Source: Candidatus Bathyarchaeum sp.
Lineage (GTDB): Archaea; Thermoproteota; Bathyarchaeia; Bathyarchaeales; Bathyarchaeaceae
Length of the DNA: 64,000 nt
NCBI GenBank assembly: GCA_026014495.1
Contig: JAOZIF010000136.1
Coordinates: 1 to 64,000, forward strand
Reading direction: 5' to 3'
Below the pieces are notes generated by a model. It had not been told where the DNA came from. It ran no database searches and saw only the letters and a list, made by a program, of their open reading frames with translations. Below are positions 59,098 through 64,000 of this stretch, piece after piece. The first letter of the stretch is position 1. Each line of letters starts with the position of its first letter. Made by a program: the position numbers and the translations under genes.

Positions 59098-59871
59098 CTA
59101 TAGCCATCCTAGTTTGTTTGCGTCGACGTCAAAGTTGGCAGCTTTTAGTTCTTTGATTAGTTTAAGGTACCATCCCGTTTTGTATTCTATCCAGAGAATT
59201 TGGTTGTCTTGGTTTGGGATTTTGAAGTCTTTGGTTTTCTGGTAAATTGCAGCCACGTTTTGGGGTCCAAGGTGTCCTAGAAAGTAGCCTAGTTCAAAGA
59301 TGCTGTTTTGGTTTGCTTGAGTTTTTGCTTCTTGCGGAGTTTTTTCTTTTGGGTACACCCGATTGTCTGGGGACAAAAGGACTACTGCAAAGGAGACGTG
59401 CGGGTTTTCGTTTATTGTTTTGGTTATTGTTTGTTGTTCGTGTACGATTATGGGGTCAAGGTCTAGTTTTTGCAGTGTTTGGGTTACGTCTGTTTTCATT
59501 GTTGGGTCGTTTCCGTGGACGAGAAAGATTTTGTTTGACCTGACTTGGTTGTTGATTTTTTTGTTTCCCGTGGGTGGAGCTAGGAGTAGCTTTACTTTTT
59601 GTAGCAGAATATTTGATGCGTTGGCGACTTCTCTTAGTTTTGCTTGTTCTTGTTTGGTGAAGCCTGAATCGAATGTTTGTTCGCTGAAGGGGACTGGTTC
59701 GATGGGTTTTAGTTCTTTGTAGAAGCCTAGGGCTTGTATGTCGTTTAGTATTTTGTTGTATGTGTTTACGTAGTTTTCGTAGCTGCTCCAGAATTTTTCA
59801 GAAAAGTCTTCTTTTGAGCTATACGCAAGTGTTTCTAATTCTATTATTAGCGAACCAAAATCTATCGCCAT
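59098..59871 (-). CDS. TIR-like nucleotide-binding domain protein (CAP12-type TIR, PF10137-like)
   Basis: KIFLVHG.D, L..PII.HEQ, FAVVLLSPD, QN.IFELGYF.G, KLIKEL; helical N-terminal domain. Confidence 0.8.
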   Translation of the reverse strand: MAIDFGSLIIELETLAYSSKEDFSEKFWSSYENYVNTYNKILNDIQALGFYKELKPIEPVPFSEQTFDSGFTKQEQAKLREVANASNILLQKVKLLLAPPTGNKKINNQVRSNKIFLVHGNDPTMKTDVTQTLQKLDLDPIIVHEQQTITKTINENPHVSFAVVLLSPDNRVYPKEKTPQEAKTQANQNSIFELGYFLGHLGPQNVAAIYQKTKDFKIPNQDNQILWIEYKTGWYLKLIKELKAANFDVDANKLGWL

Positions 59872-59935
59872 CTATCTAACCCATTTAGAATTGGTTTGCT
59901 CACCTGTATATTCGTATCTTTTTGGTGCTGCTACC

Positions 59936-59998
59936 TTTTTCTGGAAAAAGGTTTTTTTCAACAATGTTCTGCTATTAGTCTCCTAATATGCTTGGCTG
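59936..59998 (+). repeat. Dispersed palindromic repeat, copy 7
   Basis: TTTTTCTGGAAAAAGGTTTTTTTCAACAATGTTCTGCTATTAGTCTCCTAATATGCTTGGCTG. Confidence 0.9.
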
Positions 59999-60275
59999 TT
60001 TTGGGTGACCAGCTTTTGCAAGTTAATATACTTCCTGTTTTGGTACAATCATTTAGTGAAAGCATCTGATTGGGGGTGAAACAGGGTATGCCTTCCTTAG
60101 AAAAAAAGAACAAGCAAAAAAAGAAGAAACATAAAGAAAAATGGGGAGAATAACACGAACATACTGCTGAAGCGGTGTTAAACTCCCTTTTTTTGTGCAT
60201 AAAACCAGTTTGGTTGGTTTTGTTGTTATCAAAAAATTTTATAGCTTGTTGCATTGTTGTAAACTTGTGGCAACC

Positions 60276-60620
60276 TTGAGAAAAACTGGGTGGGGCAGTA
60301 TTATCTGGGTACTACTGGGTTTTCTTATGTTCTTAACTGCATTTTTTGCACAAAATGTAGTAACAATGACTTTTGGGTTAGCTTTGACGTTTGGAAGCTT
60401 GTCACTGTGTCTGACTTCGCATCTGAAAACTGACAACACAATAAAGAAGGCTTTAGAAATAGTGTTTTTGGTTGCAGCCTTCACAGTTTTTGGCTACGGA
60501 TACATTGTAACTCAAAGCCTAATACTTGGACTAATGATGATATTCATTGTAGTGATGACTCTTTTTGCATTCACAGCCACGTATCTTCTGCCAAAAATAC
60601 GTAACAAACCCAAAAAATAG
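60276..60620 (+). CDS. Hypothetical membrane protein (about 4 TM)
   Basis: Hydrophobic ORF; TTG 60276 chosen because it precedes the first TM helix. Confidence 0.6.
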   Translation: MRKTGWGSIIWVLLGFLMFLTAFFAQNVVTMTFGLALTFGSLSLCLTSHLKTDNTIKKALEIVFLVAAFTVFGYGYIVTQSLILGLMMIFIVVMTLFAFTATYLLPKIRNKPKK

Positions 60621-60741
60621 CAATTAACAGCTATTTTCGGCATATGTTACTGGAAACTTACGTTGAGGCTTTTGTATTTGACCCAAATACGGGACAAAAC
60701 ATATCAAGTTATTTTCTTAATATAGAACCTAGGGGTTAACA

Positions 60742-61536
60742 CTGTTTCCCAATCAGAAAGATGTTGAAGTTCCTATTCTTGAGGTTCTTGTGGAACTTGG
60801 TGGAACGGGCAAGACAACGGAAATCTATCCACGTGTAACAAAAAAATTCCCTGAACTCACTAATGATGATTTAGCCGAAGTTTATCTGAATGGAGAATCC
60901 AAGTGGATAAATCGTATCCGATGGGTGAGACAAAATCTTACGGCTAAAGGTGAGATAGATAGTCCAAGCAGGGGCGTTTGGGGGATTACTGATAAGGGTA
61001 GAAAACGTGTGGAAACAAAAGAGTCCACAGAGACTGTAATTAATTTTTTTGAGTTATATGAAGAATATGAAACAGGGTTCCGTTCGCAACTGCTTGATAA
61101 GTTGCATGAACTTTCTCCTCGTCAATTTGAAATATTCTCACGGAAATTGCTTCAGGCTTACGGTTTTGTTCAGGTTAACGTAACAAACCTGTCATCAGAC
61201 GGAGGTATTGATGGGTATGGAAAACTTCGATTAGGTCTTGCAACTATGAATGTGGCGTTCCAATGTAAACGATGGCAAGGTAACATAGGACGACCAGAAG
61301 TAGACAAATTCAGAGGAGCAATACAAGGTGAGTTTGAACAAGGCGTTTTTCTTGTAACATCAGACTTTACAGAACAAGCCCGGAATGTATCATTGAAAAA
61401 AGGAGCAGTTCCAATAATTCTACTAAACGGCGTAAGCATCGTTAATCTAATGATGCAAAAAGGAATTGGAGTAGAACGTGTTCCGTTGTATCTGCACTAT
61501 GAACGGCCATCTGATTTTGTAGAAGAAATAGAGTGA
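60742..61536 (+). CDS. Mrr-family (type IV) restriction endonuclease; probable CTG start
   Basis: Mrr_N wHTH (FP....VPILEVLVELGG...RIRWVR..L...G.I.SPSRGVW.IT.KG) plus Mrr_cat (DGGIDG, QCKR, F.GA, G.F.TS.FT..A). Confidence 0.9.
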   Translation: MFPNQKDVEVPILEVLVELGGTGKTTEIYPRVTKKFPELTNDDLAEVYLNGESKWINRIRWVRQNLTAKGEIDSPSRGVWGITDKGRKRVETKESTETVINFFELYEEYETGFRSQLLDKLHELSPRQFEIFSRKLLQAYGFVQVNVTNLSSDGGIDGYGKLRLGLATMNVAFQCKRWQGNIGRPEVDKFRGAIQGEFEQGVFLVTSDFTEQARNVSLKKGAVPIILLNGVSIVNLMMQKGIGVERVPLYLHYERPSDFVEEIE

Positions 61537-61582
61537 GGGCTAAAATATAACCTAATTAGTATTTCAGAGAAACTACGAAGAA

Positions 61583-63385
61583 TTATTTGCATTTTGGCTC
61601 TTCTGGGTTCGTTAGTATTGCTCTTATTCTTCTGACGCCTGCTGCTATGCCTTTTTGTTTTGTTATTTTGAAGACCCCTAACTCTTTGGTGTTGTTGACG
61701 TGGGGTCCGCCACAAATTTCTGTTGAGAACTTTCCTACCTTGTAAACTGACACTGTATTGCCGTACTTGTCATCAAACACTGCCTGTGCGCCCCTAGTTT
61801 TTGCTTCTTCAACAGTCATCTCTTCCCTGACTACAGGCAAAGAACACCTTATTTGCTTATTAACCAAGTCTTCAACCGCAGCTAGTTCTTCAGGTGACAA
61901 AGCTCTATCAAAATTAAAGTCAAAACGCAGCCTCTCTGGAGTAATATTTGAGCCCCGTTGAACAATATCGTTCTTTTTCAGTACCACCCGCAAAGCCTCA
62001 TTTAGCAGATGAGTTGCGGTGTGAAGTTTTTTAGTTTCAATCGACGCGTCACTCAAACCGCCTTTGAACAGCTTTTTTGCACTCGCAGCCGAAACTTTTT
62101 GATGCTGTTCATACTCGTTTCTGAAGCCTGCTTCATCAACTTCAATGCCTTTTTCTGCAGCAAGCTCCTGTGTTAATTCTATAGGAAATCCAAAGCTCTG
62201 AAACAGCAAAAACGCGTTTCTTCCATCAATTGTTGCACTGTTTTCTGCTATTCGATGGAATTTTCTTAAACCTTTTTCCAGAGTGTTCTTGAACTTGGTT
62301 TCTTCTTTGCGTAACTCTGCAAATATGCTGGCTTGTTTTTCTTTAAGCAGTGGATAGTCGAATTCGTTAAGATTTATCACGACTTCAGCAACATCGTTTA
62401 GGAAGTCTTTTTCAATTCCAATTAACCGCCCAAACCTTATTGCACGCCTGATTAACCGCCGCAAAACATAGCCCCTGTCAAGGTTGCTAGGCTTAACGCC
62501 CCGTTCGTCCCCCAAAAAGAACACTGAAGCGCGGATGTGGTCGGCGATAATTCTAATCGAACGCTCTTCAGTATCGGTTGGAACACTAATGCCCGCAAGT
62601 TCTTCCACAGTTTTTGCTATTGGACGAACTGCTCCAATCTGAAAAACGTGCTCCTTGCCCTCAAGCATTGCAGCAGTGTGCTCTACACCCATTCCAGTGT
62701 CAACGTTCTTTTGTTTTAAGAACTCATAACAACCCGCAGGTGTTTTGTTATACTCCATGAAAACGTCGTTCCAGAGCTCAAAATATTTACCACAAGAACA
62801 ACCCGGTCTACAAGATGGGCTGCATGCTGGTTTTCCAGTATCGTAGAACATTTCAGTACAAGGCCCACAAGGTCCTGTGTTACCAACTGGTCCCCACCAA
62901 TTATCTTCCTTGCCCAAAAAGAAGATATGCTCATCAGGAACCCCTGCACTGCTCCATGCCTCAAAACTTTCGTTGTCTTTTGGAGCATCTTTATCTCCTG
63001 CGAACACGGTCACAGACAACCGTTTCCTGTCTAAGTTAAGCCACCTTTTGTTTGTGAGAAAGTCGTAACTCAGGCTGACGGCTTCTTTTTTAAAGTAGTC
63101 ACCCAAAGACCAACTACCCAACATTTCAAAAAACGTCAAATGAGAACTGTCTCCAACACATTCGATGTCTCCGGTTCTGAAACATCTTTGAACGTTTGCA
63201 AGTTTTTTTCCAAGCGGATGAGGTTGCCCCAAAAAGTATGGTATAAGCGGATGCATACCCGCTGGAGTAAATAGAACGGTTGGGTCATATTCTGGAATAA
63301 GCGGAGAATTAGGAATTAAACTGTGCTCATTTTCACTAAAGAAGTCCAAGAACAGTTTCTTTAGTTTTTGTGAATCTATGACCAT
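61583..63385 (-). CDS. alaS: Alanyl-tRNA synthetase, compact 600-aa form without C-Ala domain
   Basis: LFTPAGM, H.TFFEMLG.WS.GDYFK, DTGMG, IADH.R, RGYVLRRLIRR, HTATHLL, RFDF, CGGPH, GVRRI.A. Confidence 0.95.
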   Translation of the reverse strand: MVIDSQKLKKLFLDFFSENEHSLIPNSPLIPEYDPTVLFTPAGMHPLIPYFLGQPHPLGKKLANVQRCFRTGDIECVGDSSHLTFFEMLGSWSLGDYFKKEAVSLSYDFLTNKRWLNLDRKRLSVTVFAGDKDAPKDNESFEAWSSAGVPDEHIFFLGKEDNWWGPVGNTGPCGPCTEMFYDTGKPACSPSCRPGCSCGKYFELWNDVFMEYNKTPAGCYEFLKQKNVDTGMGVEHTAAMLEGKEHVFQIGAVRPIAKTVEELAGISVPTDTEERSIRIIADHIRASVFFLGDERGVKPSNLDRGYVLRRLIRRAIRFGRLIGIEKDFLNDVAEVVINLNEFDYPLLKEKQASIFAELRKEETKFKNTLEKGLRKFHRIAENSATIDGRNAFLLFQSFGFPIELTQELAAEKGIEVDEAGFRNEYEQHQKVSAASAKKLFKGGLSDASIETKKLHTATHLLNEALRVVLKKNDIVQRGSNITPERLRFDFNFDRALSPEELAAVEDLVNKQIRCSLPVVREEMTVEEAKTRGAQAVFDDKYGNTVSVYKVGKFSTEICGGPHVNNTKELGVFKITKQKGIAAGVRRIRAILTNPEEPKCK

Positions 63386-63617
63386 AGATAGGAGTTTGGT
63401 AAAAACTGCTTAATATCCATACCGTAACCAAACCCTTGAAAGATTTGACTAAAACACCAACATTTCAAAAACAAAAGATTAAAGGAGATTAAAAATCTCT
63501 CCCTCAAACAAACTCAACCTGAACTAAACTTGCAAAAGCTAAGAAAACAAAGAAATCAAAAAGAATTAAAAGAGAGGAAAAGCCTCCCCTTTGTTCAAAA
63601 AACGGAACTAACTCCGT

Positions 63618-63926
63618 TTATCCGAACAGGGAACCTAAACCTTCCATTGCTGCTTCTTCTTTCTTGCTCTCGTCTTCTTCAGGCTCTTCTTCCTTCTTCT
63701 CTTCCGCGGCTGGTGCTGTAGCTGCAGTCGCTGGTGCTGCCGCCATCATTGCAGGAGCAGATTTGATTGCTTCTTCAATGTCAACTTCGGCAATGGACGC
63801 CACTAAAGCTTTAACTCGAACAGCATCGGCGCTTACGCCAGCTGCCGTGAGAACTTCAGACACGCTTTTTTCGTTTATTTCTTTACCAGCTTTGTGCAGG
63901 AGCATTGCAGCATATACGTATTCCAT
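63618..63926 (-). CDS. rpl12: 50S ribosomal protein L12 (aP1)
   Basis: [13 protein letters not shown], Ala-rich hinge, acidic tail ending GLGSLFG. Confidence 0.97.
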   Translation of the reverse strand: MEYVYAAMLLHKAGKEINEKSVSEVLTAAGVSADAVRVKALVASIAEVDIEEAIKSAPAMMAAAPATAATAPAAEEKKEEEPEEDESKKEEAAMEGLGSLFG

Positions 63927-64000
63927 TATTCATTCTCCTCCATCTTTTCCTTCATACTTACTTTTCAACTTTTCTGAACCTAACTTGATGACGCACCTTT

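Noticed and set aside
3916-59998. Dispersed repeat interpreted as a CRISPR array
   Set aside because: Copies are kilobases apart, in both orientations, with no regular 30-40 bp spacers and no cas operon.
1211-63721. Numerous short antisense or alternate-frame ORFs in the ORF track (e.g. 6921-7355, 19537-20004, 25465-26118, 55273-55965, 57346-57957)
   Set aside because: They overlap well-supported genes and show no family motifs; treated as shadow ORFs.
63927-64000. C-terminus of rplP0 (L10) upstream of rpl12
   Set aside because: Expected from synteny, but none of the minus-strand frames shows a recognisable P0 tail; too short to call.

Overview
Archaeal chromosomal window, probably Bathyarchaeia or another TACK lineage. 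This is inferred from gene content (archaeal r-proteins and RNAP subunits, an Ftr paralogue, a TackOD1-like protein, the modified mevalonate pathway) and not from a database search. The conserved backbone comprises a type IV pilus locus, rpl7ae-rps28e-rpl24e-adk-infB, a purine cluster (purM, purSLQ, purF-purD), mat, moeA x2, the rps13-rps4-rps11-rpoD-rpl18e-rpl13-rps9-rpoN-eno-rps2 superoperon running into mevalonate/isoprenoid genes and gltX, and alaS-rpl12. Small accessory islets interrupt it. Top signals: (1) the purine cluster has steps 1, 2, 4 and 5 but no purN/purT; tightly coupled behind purF-purD is a HAD phosphatase / Ftr-like formyltransferase / PfkB kinase trio (EhaR/S/T-like), a candidate undescribed pterin-dependent GAR formylation route. 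(2) A ~55-60 bp palindrome-rich repeat occurs 7 times at accessory-gene borders, as direct pairs around single genes and as an inverted pair around a type IIG R-M gene plus a possible cas1 remnant. (3) Several genes, including rpoN, can only start at ATT/ATA/CTG. (4) adk sits in the usual ndk slot. (5) A kb-scale GT/AC skew oscillation is independent of gene direction.
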